Virus record (IMG/VR): IMGVR_UViG_3300017785_003547
Location: 1 to 27,496 of that record
Strand: one strand, 5' to 3'
Origin: a virus
Lineage: Duplodnaviria > Caudoviricetes
DNA length: 27,496 nucleotides
Numbering within the stretch: the first letter of the stretch is position 1; each line of letters starts with the position of its first letter. The notes under the pieces are model-generated. The model was not told where the DNA came from. It searched no databases and was given only the letters and a program-made list of their open reading frames with translations. Made by a program: the position numbers and the translations under genes. Below are positions 19,501 to 25,624 of this stretch, one piece after another.

Positions 19501-19867
19501 GGGAGAACGGGAACCAGACGCTTCAGATACTTGGTTCTATGGTAAAATATTCCGCAAAGGCGGAAAAATTAATGCCAATGCGGTTTCTATTATCGAGTTC
19601 TTCGACGACTATCAACGCTTGCTGAAACGGAAAAACCCCGAGGAAAAAGCCCTAGAGACCCAGACAACTCCGCTCAATCCGCTGACGCCTAAGGAGACCA
19701 CGTACTACTATAATCTAGAAGCTCGGTACGATACCGTAGCGTTGTACATGGAGATGGCTCGTAATGCTAATCGAAGATCTGATCGGGAAAAACTATACCT
19801 AGAAGCTGTCCGTCTAGCTCGGGATGGAGTAGATAAGAAACCAGAGGATCCCCTACTGCCTTGGTAG
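10517..19867 (+). CDS. Giant polyvalent virion/ejection protein (2x HExxH zincin, ART-PolyVal-like, glycosylase-like helical domain, LPD38-like C-terminus)
   Basis: Uninterrupted 3116-aa ORF. Motifs: HEWAH (13610), FKRWFGNSK...YHGT...NPNQLKSATGNNG (about 14000-14470), WY...SPQ...KTNNF...VDMW...QVQAAIW (14690-15230), HELGH plus EGFAE (16874, 17042) and WWKELPWREK...IPLP...NRNLFFDRPIVP...ISPLKMEYL (about 19000-19450). Confidence 0.8.
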   Translation: MAFAGLSYNFGKKPEEEKESPYSFLNEPKPPSEKNQSPYSFLNEPQPPPPEEGLSPYTFLNKPPVVQNVSATEARKIGSSMMGGMGGLALNPSAPETPATPEELAAIAQSEADRKERGDLKYGVRNLSGLFAQGALGTGIGSTVQGTLLLADNFLQETRRASAAPELQTLNWKLASLEGKRSGIYNRDKFSPELAAVDAEIAAHKIDTENYLLSRKAELDKVNETSYLKPAIAKVGEFRQAVTDVYPVDPDVAASIPGQTVGAIGQVISQIPLAVTGVGFPAVVSQIFDQTYQEALKAYLDAGKPEVDARELALAAGFASTPAAALEQLGNITKLRPLLAAFRKTPTQRGARAILEAMVVEGVTEPAQQVVQNVVAKRYDPNRDILEGTGTAAIVGTLTGGVTSAAGIGAGRVLGSEDPKNLAQQDPRTLFPDQTRKVVDMYRKDYAALTPSQRVALDNYDLNLHTELRDAIANGTPVDIADLSDYNKDATTPIVLPKDWVQDGDNYVPKGYVAPAVVKTPAVVTPAVVTPAAVEAPLAPKTNAELDLDVEYFDSQLASREMTKAEHKKEMAKIKKQRSLAPVVEEAPVVEETPVAPVVEEAPAMVETPVAPAPAAIDTSVAPAPVVAETPMIPAPAAVAPAPAVVAPTAIATPAPLAPVAPVTRTARATTVDPETYEYDLLLDIEKTRRDTRDDQDKSPRDKKLRFNRLRKYAAEWLDSRDEERYTKDETGLERAVETSLNERAEGYVYKGAKRVGIEPEQFYSDYLTWKSDQTFGVPAPAAPTPISPATVGKKPRRVTKTAEDFILPKYLRSAKTYYKQSPLDFTSDLDLALYIVSSKTPSKQRPAYLEWVMKSTGLTEAQALSEGTKIRTEIAERHNDSPSAPILLPVISTRKNRVRQSLTEDPTHLTLSEDLPMDQWWARFNVQHARNMGFKPSPEDLKIVIDNAPVVDSRKQELSEIQRAVQTRAEAELEVWKKNNPQAPKIIVVSRPEWTQNGRGVRGQYSTEGGIVINAPYALTRGSTISQVASHEWAHALLSSLQGREALQKFAARSIPENQMATLQEKYPRQSAESEIDYDLRIVEEWVAKNAETQPDIWQTIVEAVREFLAKAGLVNLSNEETARAMLRVLRSSNSTLSGRESAVTRQSLADRVALLDSPSFKRWFGNSKMVEEDEYRIPKVFYHGTSAGTDFSTFDADFSAYSDVIFVSPSPEVANLFASKQEYGGYVSGSRVFPLYVRAENPFEFWNKDDLDKIPSLKIDGPNRMHVSKGFWSSLAGIQKEIKAAGFDSYYEMEMGQMNLGVFNPNQLKSATGNNGEYSLKNNNISYSLTDEAVEDRTRISIPKLTGPVRNRVKTTGQYVGMPPGINTPEKLERLRTKLIRMAQDGREGRYWYEKSSKMILRLTQGNRKDAEVLAAFIAAYSPQNNVYPNLGQAIRAYYEWKAGKKITVGKMGTDIARGQSVADGERWEGIKTNNFYINLMVEIDPKIVQGATVDMWIMRVWGYKQDVPGKVRYAKVEREISLIADRLTKLEADKYAKDLAAYNSNPTGEVPVAPTPWEPQQVQAAIWVAGKARYEEAAALAKKEAKKLGEYVQQAPNAEGKRQWAWVNARKPNVPDAEVATKWGDKIFKAVYQTTPVDISDSKNDFADYVLRDIGQVSLEVRPGSSTGDMPNMGNATPAQQLEYLSAMRNALLDEGGNNVVDRELGILVLGDELLPGIWKDETNLSMQTSVAAPRGSGVEQAALGSGNKVSITTAEQLDSKVAIEAILFKQDGAGWHRPFFVDGDRALVRDANGLSLRIGRGMTANELAELRRYAEEAGLKEILDSGSIAIISEPMGVRFINFSGTPNTEFQRMMKSAASSMSRAYDGLEINLGRFASDGNLIENNWRDNPNGETYRQRLVETGRSDILRRIQDLYGPKIRRINFVFAQKYGWDDPTKYADQLEPAGTPEEEIAQADASDAAFAAEEMGLPEPPVVKGSTPGVLDNQLGPRYSLMDEPISPRFSELQMAWNKGEMSREQYDEAMAEMARNPEGIEYPASGPAVDLAMTMERTADGTDIVDLPTVYKSIVGVLQALGDSAVLRTGRYAGPAAGLYKEFENVIRLRKGMDRDGLPVVVHELGHSMAKSIFGTAKSSALRKALRYDPKNLPVVTQLEGLGKKLYGKTRPAIGYTGEGFAEFVRLWMTDDPALKGYGQTRAWFEKTFIADNPNLGATINSAKQQLTLWRLQGARDRSRAMSSEPLALDKLLYKLRKESAYATRVEEFAPLELMSNEYRRRTGTALRADQDPFIIASALRSTAGGVLRSWVTTGITDIYGRQVGPSLKESYALIKPAQEEDFHRYLWSLQSQIRLKQGKDPGKSLADADFEIAELSTKYPHFVKAALGISKWWDKALDYQLMAFPEMNYQLTAAIRKANPVYYGPLMRQFTEEEKRNNLIKGSTYAIREAKGSSRKIENLYLGSLRMAESIIAKGQKDMVLKAVTDLAKTEGMGYLVEKVSVGKVMKSVNIESIRKQLETYGVDTSMLSDDAMLQYATNADARDAKDPIIAIRRATPTATDPNASTLEWYQVSREIADVLQGVQEVGRLGAAFEIFIGAPNRLAKMGYVSLSAPFQLITNPIRDAFTVFMTGQGNALEVGMGLMKAYGQLAQGALVYVTPKEVRDKYMGGLAESQATQIAQRLGVTNSTFIGGDIQEAKRLKTFLFRGKVFTTLANPVESLRSALSFTETAPRLSQLELAITKLGWKAGDDLTPEQAIAGMLAYKRATVDFTAKGNESPALRRGLLGPFYSASLQGSRTFVRTFRTNPKKTATAFLTGLTLMTVPALFSYFKYKDEEWWKELPWREKFLYLHIVVGDEVVQIPLPQDFGTAFIALPIAIMDAMNKDNPEAVNALFGQIFAVGNPVGLPVGLKSAVELTSNRNLFFDRPIVPGNLQGDQAGSQFNKDTGSIAKKLGELFPEYISPLKMEYLVKSVAGSVGLNTLRGPELLAELLGLNKGEREPDASDTWFYGKIFRKGGKINANAVSIIEFFDDYQRLLKRKNPEEKALETQTTPLNPLTPKETTYYYNLEARYDTVALYMEMARNANRRSDREKLYLEAVRLARDGVDKKPEDPLLPW
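10574..10705 (+). repeat. Three SPY[ST]FLN[EK]P peptide repeats at the N-terminus of the giant protein
   Basis: SPYSFLNEP, SPYSFLNEP and SPYTFLNKP, separated by Pro-rich spacers. Confidence 0.85.
12053..12510 (+). repeat. Low-complexity Pro/Ala/Val/Glu linker repeats (TPAVV, APVVEE, APAPA)
   Basis: Directly visible in the translation and as gctccggtggtagaggaa-like DNA repeats. Confidence 0.8.
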
Positions 19868-20236
19868 TTCTAGCGTAATCTTAAGAGGAACGCTCGGTAA
19901 ATAGTCCATGACCCGATCCCAATAAGCACTGTAACTCTTCTGGGTCCAACCGTCTGGGCCGCGATGCCATACCAGAGCGTAGTCCCTCAGAGTAGGTTCC
20001 CTGCCAAGCCGTTCCCTAGTTACGTAGTACTCCAAATACGCCCTAGCCATGCCTATAGATTGTTCCCGATTAAAACGGTTGCTAGGTATCCCTCCGGTGA
20101 TGCGTAAGATGTCGCGTTTCGCTATGGCACTTATCTGCATACAACCTAACTCTCCTCCCCTGCCTACGGCTCGGTCATTACCGGAGCTCTCTACCATAAT
20201 GATAGCCTGCAACAGCAGCATAGGTACGACGCTCAT
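19853..20236 (-). CDS. Lysozyme-fold muralytic enzyme (SLT / destabilase-like)
   Basis: IIMVESSG (catalytic Glu), GCMQI and ALVWHRGP...YWDRV match lysozyme-superfamily motifs. Confidence 0.7.
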   Translation of the reverse strand: MSVVPMLLLQAIIMVESSGNDRAVGRGGELGCMQISAIAKRDILRITGGIPSNRFNREQSIGMARAYLEYYVTRERLGREPTLRDYALVWHRGPDGWTQKSYSAYWDRVMDYLPSVPLKITLELPRQ

Positions 20237-21552
20237 AGTTTGATAGCTTTATAGTTGGACATGATACGGAGCATGGCCTGCTGGCCCTCGCCTTTCTCGC
20301 GCAAGGATTCTATCACGGCATCATCGATGGTGGAAGGACAAAGGATACGGTAGATCATGGGCTGCAAGCCCTGACCCTTGCGAATAACTCTAGCATTAAA
20401 CTGGTCGTATAGTTCTCGGCTCCATGTGGGTGAGAACCACACGATGGTTCGTCCACCAGCTTGCAGGTTGAGGCCGTGCCCCAGACTGCGAGGGTCCGCG
20501 ACCAGAGTCTTAATCTTACCGGAGTTCCATTCCGTTTCGATATCACCCTTGAACTTACTGGCGTCTACACAATCGGGGATCTCCCTACAGATGCGCTCTC
20601 GTTCGTGGATGTACTGACATGCGACTATCACTGACTCCCCAACCTTATCGATCAACTTACGGAGAGCCTCGATCTTGGAGTCATGCAGTTCCTCCACTTC
20701 TCCTGCGTCGGTGTAGACAGTACCACCGCATATCTGTAGGAGCTTACCTACCAGCACGGCTGCATTGCGGGCCACCACTTCCCCACCGCTCGGTACGCTG
20801 ATCAAGAATTCTTTCTCCAACTCCCTGTAGTCTGCTTTAACGGAGTCCGGTAGGGCCACATCGATGTCCTCAACGATGGTGTCCTTGATGTCTAGATAGT
20901 CACTGCTGCGAAGGGTGATCGTCATGTCCGAGATCTTGGCGTACACCCTGTCCTCGGCCCCCGCTTGGGGTACCCAGTTGTAGCGCATATAGTCCGTGGG
21001 GTAGAAATAGGAATCGCGGAACCGCGTGAACGAGGGACTTAGCCTGTGCCCGTCATCGAGCAATCGTACCTGACCGAACAACTCCAGAAGGGAGTTTGGT
21101 CGGGGGGTTCCCGTCAGACCCCACCTACGGTGGTGCTGCAAGAGGGGCTTGATGGCCTTGATGCGTTTGCTCTTGTGGTTCTTGGCCCTTGTTATCTCGT
21201 CGAAGATAACCACATCACAAAAGTCCAGATCCTGTAGCTGATCCAGCCGCTCATAGTTAATGGTATATATCTGCGCGGTTCCTGAGGGTGGGCTCTTGCG
21301 TAGATGCTCTACCTTCATCCACTTGAAATTGTTCCACTTGGCGATCTCGTTAGGCCAAGTCATGCGTGCCACCCGCAGGGGTGCTACCACCAAGGCAGAA
21401 CGACAGGCACCATCCTTGAATAGAGTATGCAGTGCCGCCAGTGTGGAGGCGGTCTTACCTAAGCCCAGACCTACGCAACAGTAGGCTCGGTCGTTGGCCA
21501 AGAGGAAGTCCCTCATGGACTCTTGGTACGGTTCTAGGTTTAACGGAAGCAT
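20233..21552 (-). CDS. SNF2-family (SF2) helicase
   Basis: GLGLGKT (motif I), FDEIT (II), LTGTP (III), GHGLNLQ (V) and QFNARVIRKGQ (VI). Confidence 0.9.
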   Translation of the reverse strand: MLPLNLEPYQESMRDFLLANDRAYCCVGLGLGKTASTLAALHTLFKDGACRSALVVAPLRVARMTWPNEIAKWNNFKWMKVEHLRKSPPSGTAQIYTINYERLDQLQDLDFCDVVIFDEITRAKNHKSKRIKAIKPLLQHHRRWGLTGTPRPNSLLELFGQVRLLDDGHRLSPSFTRFRDSYFYPTDYMRYNWVPQAGAEDRVYAKISDMTITLRSSDYLDIKDTIVEDIDVALPDSVKADYRELEKEFLISVPSGGEVVARNAAVLVGKLLQICGGTVYTDAGEVEELHDSKIEALRKLIDKVGESVIVACQYIHERERICREIPDCVDASKFKGDIETEWNSGKIKTLVADPRSLGHGLNLQAGGRTIVWFSPTWSRELYDQFNARVIRKGQGLQPMIYRILCPSTIDDAVIESLREKGEGQQAMLRIMSNYKAIKL

Positions 21553-21842
21553 GAGTCCTCCAGTGGGTGGTGGAACTTGTGGCGAATCATAAGATCAGCG
21601 TCCTTGTAGTTGTCAGCCCAACCAGCACTTATCCCTACTTTCTTAATTCGTTCAAGCTCTCGCTCCTGCAATCTGGTGGGTTTGCAACCAGCGTTCTTCA
21701 ACTCCAAGAACAGTACCCTACCACGCCCCATGATCACCCTATCGGGTACACCTCTCTGGGATGGGGAGGAAAACTTGTAGGTCAGTAAGCCTAGCTTGCT
21801 GCACAAGGTAACTATCTGGCTCTCTAATTTTGACTCACTCAT
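21540..21842 (-). CDS. VRR-NUC domain nuclease
   Basis: MSESKLE...GVPDR...FLELK...PTRLQ. The start at 21842 is chosen because it ATGA-overlaps the stop of an upstream micro-ORF and matches the usual family N-terminus; the ORF track gives 21917. Confidence 0.85.
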   Translation of the reverse strand: MSESKLESQIVTLCSKLGLLTYKFSSPSQRGVPDRVIMGRGRVLFLELKNAGCKPTRLQERELERIKKVGISAGWADNYKDADLMIRHKFHHPLEDSCFR

Positions 21843-21910
21843 TTCCAACCTTTTTTCCATCCGAGCACCCGCAGGAAGTCGGACCATAGTTTCTGTAAGA
21901 TTATTTTCAT
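21839..21910 (-). CDS. 23-aa cationic amphipathic micro-protein MKIILQKLWSDFLRVLGWKKGWK
   Basis: Translated by hand; it has ATGA overlaps at both ends (21910-21907 and 21842-21839). Confidence 0.5.
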   Translation of the reverse strand: MKIILQKLWSDFLRVLGWKKGWK

Positions 21911-22203
21911 ATGCCATCGAATATTTGCTGACCGCCAGTCTCCCTTGTTATGAACCTAGCTTCACCATGTCGGAAGGCGTTATTCCATTTTCGAGCGTAG
22001 TAGGCTCGGTGGTTGTTGCAGATTTTAAACGCGCTCCCACGGGTGACGATGGTTGTCTCCCATCTTATACGTTCAGTAACAAGACTGGCCGATAGGCGTT
22101 TGTAACCTCGGCTTACCAACTGGTCTGTAAACCTAAGGAACATCTCCCATACGTCTGGGTTATCCGTATCAAATTTATTAAATGCAAGTTCTAGTCGGGT
22201 CAT
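21907..22203 (-). CDS. Conserved hypothetical phage protein
   Basis: 98 aa with the pattern F..F...NP.VW..F...ERIRWE...FKICNNHRAYYAR. An AGAGGA SD-like motif lies upstream. Confidence 0.7.
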   Translation of the reverse strand: MTRLELAFNKFDTDNPDVWEMFLRFTDQLVSRGYKRLSASLVTERIRWETTIVTRGSAFKICNNHRAYYARKWNNAFRHGEARFITRETGGQQIFDGI

Positions 22204-22226
22204 TTTGTTTGTCCTCTATTGTTTGC

Positions 22227-22250
22227 GTAGTGAGTAAATTTACTCAGTAC
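22227..22250. promoter_or_regulatory. Operator-like palindrome (perfect 16-bp core TGAGTAAATTTACTCA, 22231-22246)
   Basis: The core is its own reverse complement and extends to 24 bp with one mismatched pair. It sits just upstream of the 22203 gene. Function is inferred. Confidence 0.5.
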
Positions 22251-22329
22251 CGTAAGTAAATTGTAAGTCATTTTATGAGTCCAGTGTGGTCAGGAATGTC
22301 CATTATCTCTGACGACAACTACTCAGTTA

Positions 22330-22397
22330 TACTCGTTTATAGGTAGTTTTGGGTTCTAATTGTGTATATTTGATCGTTTACTCGTTTATGGGTAGTT
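22330..22397. repeat. 19-bp direct repeat TACTCGTTTATRGGTAGTT (22330-22348, 22379-22397)
   Basis: Two copies with one mismatch, 49 bp apart, in an AT-rich intergenic region. Confidence 0.8.
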
Positions 22398-22452
22398 GTT
22401 GGCAGTTTTCATTTAGACGCTAATCGCCATCAATTTCGTGACGCCACGAAAA

Positions 22453-22769
22453 TGGTGTGTCGCTCATTTGCTGGCCTCCTTGTCCTTGGCGGCAAGTTCG
22501 CGGTAGAATCTGTCCTCTCTTATCAGAGATTCGTGCAATAGAATCTGGGTAGCGGCGAGTTCCTTCAAGAAGTCGTCTCTCATGTGCAAGGCATCGCTCG
22601 ACCCCTTGCGGCAGGCTTCGTTCGCGGCGGCAAGTTCGCGCTCAAGTTGGCGTGCAAAATCTGATGGCACTAAAGCATCACGCAATGACATCCCAGCAAG
22701 CAGCTGAGTGCATGGCTTCCCATTTATCTGTTCATCTGTTAGTGGTGTGTCGCTCATTTGCTGGCCTCC
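22453..22769 (-). repeat. 27-bp perfect direct repeat (22453-22479, 22743-22769) spanning RBS + stop/start junction
   Basis: TGGTGTGTCGCTCATTTGCTGGCCTCC occurs twice; on the minus strand it reads GGAGGCCAGCAAATGAGCGACACACCA (EASK* / MSDTP). Confidence 0.9.
22464..22757 (-). CDS. Hypothetical coiled-coil protein (MSDTP...FARQLERELAAA type)
   Basis: 97 aa with a GGAGG RBS, ATGA coupling and three [RK]ELAA repeats. Confidence 0.7.
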   Translation of the reverse strand: MSDTPLTDEQINGKPCTQLLAGMSLRDALVPSDFARQLERELAAANEACRKGSSDALHMRDDFLKELAATQILLHESLIREDRFYRELAAKDKEASK

Positions 22770-23374
22770 GTTGGCTCGTTAATGATCTTGGTGCAGTCGG
22801 CGTTGCGTCCTAGCTCGGCGTGCCATGTCTTCTCGGGCATCACTCGGTACCCCGCAACCAGTGCAGGGTTTGGCCGAACGAATGAATCGTCCCGCCACAG
22901 TATGCGGTTGTTAGGCTGCGCTGCGATCTGACCGCTCCCGTCTTCCAGTAATAACATGTGATAACATTTATGTTCTGGGGGATACTGGGAATATCCATTG
23001 TCCGTATGATCGAGGGTGAACCAGTATGCTGCCGGAATCATCTCGCCATCTCTATTTTTATAGTGGCAACCCATCTCTCGTAGGTACTCGTACTGCACCA
23101 CTGCAAAATCCCAACCGTGACAGTCCCAAGACTGCAACTGAGGAAGATCGTGAACGCAATTAGAAGTTGGCTTCTCGTGCCTTAGTTTATGGAGGGGTAT
23201 GCGTGCCCACTGAGCACCGGACTCGCAAAGAATCGAGAAGTGCAGTGCCCTCGATGGGATCGAGGTGACTCCAAAGATCACGCACCGTTCATATTCGCCA
23301 GTGTCGTTGGTTACACCGCGCAGGATACCTTGGTCAACTAGGCCATAGGTATGTTGAGGAATTGATTTGTTCAT
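22754..23374 (-). CDS. Conserved hypothetical phage protein
   Basis: 206 aa with motifs WDC, YWFTLD, EHKC and AAQPNNRILW.D that recall an uncharacterised aquatic-phage family. ATGA coupling at both ends. Confidence 0.75.
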   Translation of the reverse strand: MNKSIPQHTYGLVDQGILRGVTNDTGEYERCVIFGVTSIPSRALHFSILCESGAQWARIPLHKLRHEKPTSNCVHDLPQLQSWDCHGWDFAVVQYEYLREMGCHYKNRDGEMIPAAYWFTLDHTDNGYSQYPPEHKCYHMLLLEDGSGQIAAQPNNRILWRDDSFVRPNPALVAGYRVMPEKTWHAELGRNADCTKIINEPTEASK

Positions 23375-23646
23375 CGTATCAGGGTTCGACTGGCCTTTAT
23401 CTTCTTGTTATATTTCGCACGTTGAACCTTGCTCAGTCTTCCCAGTAGCCTGCTCAGTATAACCTTACGGTGCTGGTGCATGAGTTCGATGACCACCAAG
23501 CGGAGCAGGTCAGCCTCGGTTATGCCTCCAGTGAAAAGGGCGTTGAGTTTGTTCCAGCCTGTGAGGCATGGGCGAAGACGAGCGTACTCCTTATCGGAGA
23601 CCTCAATCGGGTAGTCAAATATCTGGCATCTATGTGGTATGTTCAT
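23371..23646 (-). CDS. Hypothetical basic protein
   Basis: 91 aa; ATGA-coupled to the polymerase stop and to the next gene. Confidence 0.7.
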   Translation of the reverse strand: MNIPHRCQIFDYPIEVSDKEYARLRPCLTGWNKLNALFTGGITEADLLRLVVIELMHQHRKVILSRLLGRLSKVQRAKYNKKIKASRTLIR

Positions 23647-25583
23647 TTGGAATAGTAGGGTACAATTTTAGCTTCAACTTTGAGCGGTAGTCCGGTGGCC
23701 CATGAGGGCACTTTAGAAAGAGCTTGAGCAAAGTCCTCGGGTAATTGACCGGATTTTTGTACGGCTAAGGCTTGATCGTGGATCAGGGCGAAAGGCATCA
23801 TGCCCTTAGACTCGGCGTTGATCGCTCCATGGGCCATGACATCCGCTGCAATAGCTTGGCAAATGTTCTCAAACATCTTGGCCCCGTACATCTTCACCCT
23901 CCCCCACTGGGTACTGGCAGCGACTGCCCCCCAGTACGTTATACCGTCATCCTCGATAGCTGGTAGAGGATAAGCTAGCTTACGCCCAGAAGGTAGACGG
24001 ATGATCAGGTAGTTCATCCCTGCCGTCCACTCGGTCCACAAGCGTAGGTGGCTGCAAGATTCAAAGATTGTTCTAGGACTTCCGATAGCCGAACGGATGT
24101 CGCTCTCCAACTTACGCCACAGTGCGGTCATACGTGGATGTTCCGAACGGAAAGTACTCTTGGCCTGCTCGGCCATATCCATGGATATTTTGATGCCGTA
24201 CAGATCCCTGCATGATGCATGGAACTTTTCCGCACCCATACCATAGCCTAACCCTAGTATGGCGACCTTACCTAGAGCACGCTGATCGGGGGTGACTCGG
24301 CTTTCGCTGACCCCATAGATCTTGGATGCCATCGTCCGGTAACGATCTGCACCACGGGAGTAGTCGATCAGTGCCTGCCCCTCACCAGATACCCAGCAGG
24401 CGATGCGTGCCTCGATGGCATTGTAGTCGGCGTCTAACATGGGGTAGTCGGCGTGGATGAAATGTCTGATCGATGATGCCAGTACCTCTAGGCAGTCCCC
24501 GTACACGGCCTCGATCCCCTCGGACGTTCCCCCATTGCATAGGTAATCATAGGCTGGTCCGGTGAGGGAACGCATGGCGTAGGTTGCCTTCTTCGCGTTC
24601 TGAATCTGGGGGCCACCAGCGGACCACCTCCCAGTGCCAGCACCGTAGTACTTAAATACCCCTCTCATCCTCTGATCAGAGCAGGCCCATGCCCTCATGG
24701 TTGATATCTTCTTGATGGCCGCGTAGCTCAGTTGAGAGTACAACTCAATGCCCCGCTTGGTAACCGGATCAAGATCCTCTCGGACCACGGCCTCCAAGGT
24801 AGATGCTTGCATATCTACGATAGCTACCCCGTTAAACTTGAGCCAGTCCAGTACCTTGGAACGCTGGGTTACATTGACCCCCGTAAGATTGCGAAACTCT
24901 TTCACTGCCTTATTGGATACCTGATCGACCATGAGGTCAGCGGCATCTAGAGCCTTACAGTTTACAGGTATACCCACCGTATTCATGCGTAGCGTGAATA
25001 GAAAGTCTGACAGATTATTACCCTCCAAGCTGAAGCTCTGGGATAGCTGCTTGTGAATGGCCTTCTCAACTATCACATCCTGTCGGCAGTACTGGCCGAA
25101 CTGTTTCCACTTCTCTAAGTACTCATGAGGTAAGTTGAATTCTCCGGTCTCCACATCAGGAATGCTGAACAATCGGATTAAAGATTTACCCTTGGCATCC
25201 TTTAACTCGGGCAGACCGAGAGCTACGGAACACTTGGATAGGGATTCGGGTAGCCCTGCCATGCGGGCCATGGCGGCAGTGCATCTCCACTGTTCTAGCT
25301 GGAGGTTGCACCACTTCGTCCCCCATACAATCGCGTGTTCAAAGGGAGCGTTGTGGGCGTACACTGAGTCTGCCAGAGCGAGAAGTCGAAGAGCTTCTGG
25401 CTCTGACTGCATACCCTCGGTCTCGTACTTCGGGTTGACCCACAAGTACACGGGACTGTCTTCCCCTTCCGCAGATACTGCGGCCATCAGAACCTCGGTG
25501 CTCGGATCGCAAGCGTAGCGGTAAGCTCCCACGGTGGGGAGGTCCGCTCTGGACCGAGTCTCGAAATCTAGATAGACGTTCAT
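23643..25583 (-). CDS. polA: Family A DNA polymerase with 3'-5' exonuclease
   Basis: Exonuclease motifs DFETRS, AHNAPFE and YCRQDV; polymerase motif A DYNAIEARI, motif B RALGKVAILGLGYG and motif C IHDQ. Confidence 0.92.
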   Translation of the reverse strand: MNVYLDFETRSRADLPTVGAYRYACDPSTEVLMAAVSAEGEDSPVYLWVNPKYETEGMQSEPEALRLLALADSVYAHNAPFEHAIVWGTKWCNLQLEQWRCTAAMARMAGLPESLSKCSVALGLPELKDAKGKSLIRLFSIPDVETGEFNLPHEYLEKWKQFGQYCRQDVIVEKAIHKQLSQSFSLEGNNLSDFLFTLRMNTVGIPVNCKALDAADLMVDQVSNKAVKEFRNLTGVNVTQRSKVLDWLKFNGVAIVDMQASTLEAVVREDLDPVTKRGIELYSQLSYAAIKKISTMRAWACSDQRMRGVFKYYGAGTGRWSAGGPQIQNAKKATYAMRSLTGPAYDYLCNGGTSEGIEAVYGDCLEVLASSIRHFIHADYPMLDADYNAIEARIACWVSGEGQALIDYSRGADRYRTMASKIYGVSESRVTPDQRALGKVAILGLGYGMGAEKFHASCRDLYGIKISMDMAEQAKSTFRSEHPRMTALWRKLESDIRSAIGSPRTIFESCSHLRLWTEWTAGMNYLIIRLPSGRKLAYPLPAIEDDGITYWGAVAASTQWGRVKMYGAKMFENICQAIAADVMAHGAINAESKGMMPFALIHDQALAVQKSGQLPEDFAQALSKVPSWATGLPLKVEAKIVPYYSK

Positions 25584-25591
25584 AAAATAGT

Positions 25592-25618
25592 TCCCCTCCC
25601 GCTATGGACGAGAGGGGA
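25592..25618 (-). promoter_or_regulatory. RNA hairpin covering the polA ribosome-binding site (possible terminator/attenuator)
   Basis: Minus strand TCCCCTCTCG-TCCATAG-CGGGAGGGGA forms a 10-bp stem (one G-U pair), followed by ACTATTTT-ATG. Confidence 0.55.
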
Positions 25619-25624
25619 TGATGA

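Noticed and set aside
22200-22271. 23-aa minus-strand micro-ORF MTYNLLTVLSKFTHYANNRGQTK ending in an ATGA overlap
   Set aside because: It has no clear RBS, runs through the palindrome and is coupled at one end only, so it may be chance.
22330-22769. Repeats as a mini CRISPR array
   Set aside because: Each repeat has only two copies, the repeat sequences differ, and the 27-mer pair is 290 bp apart around a gene.
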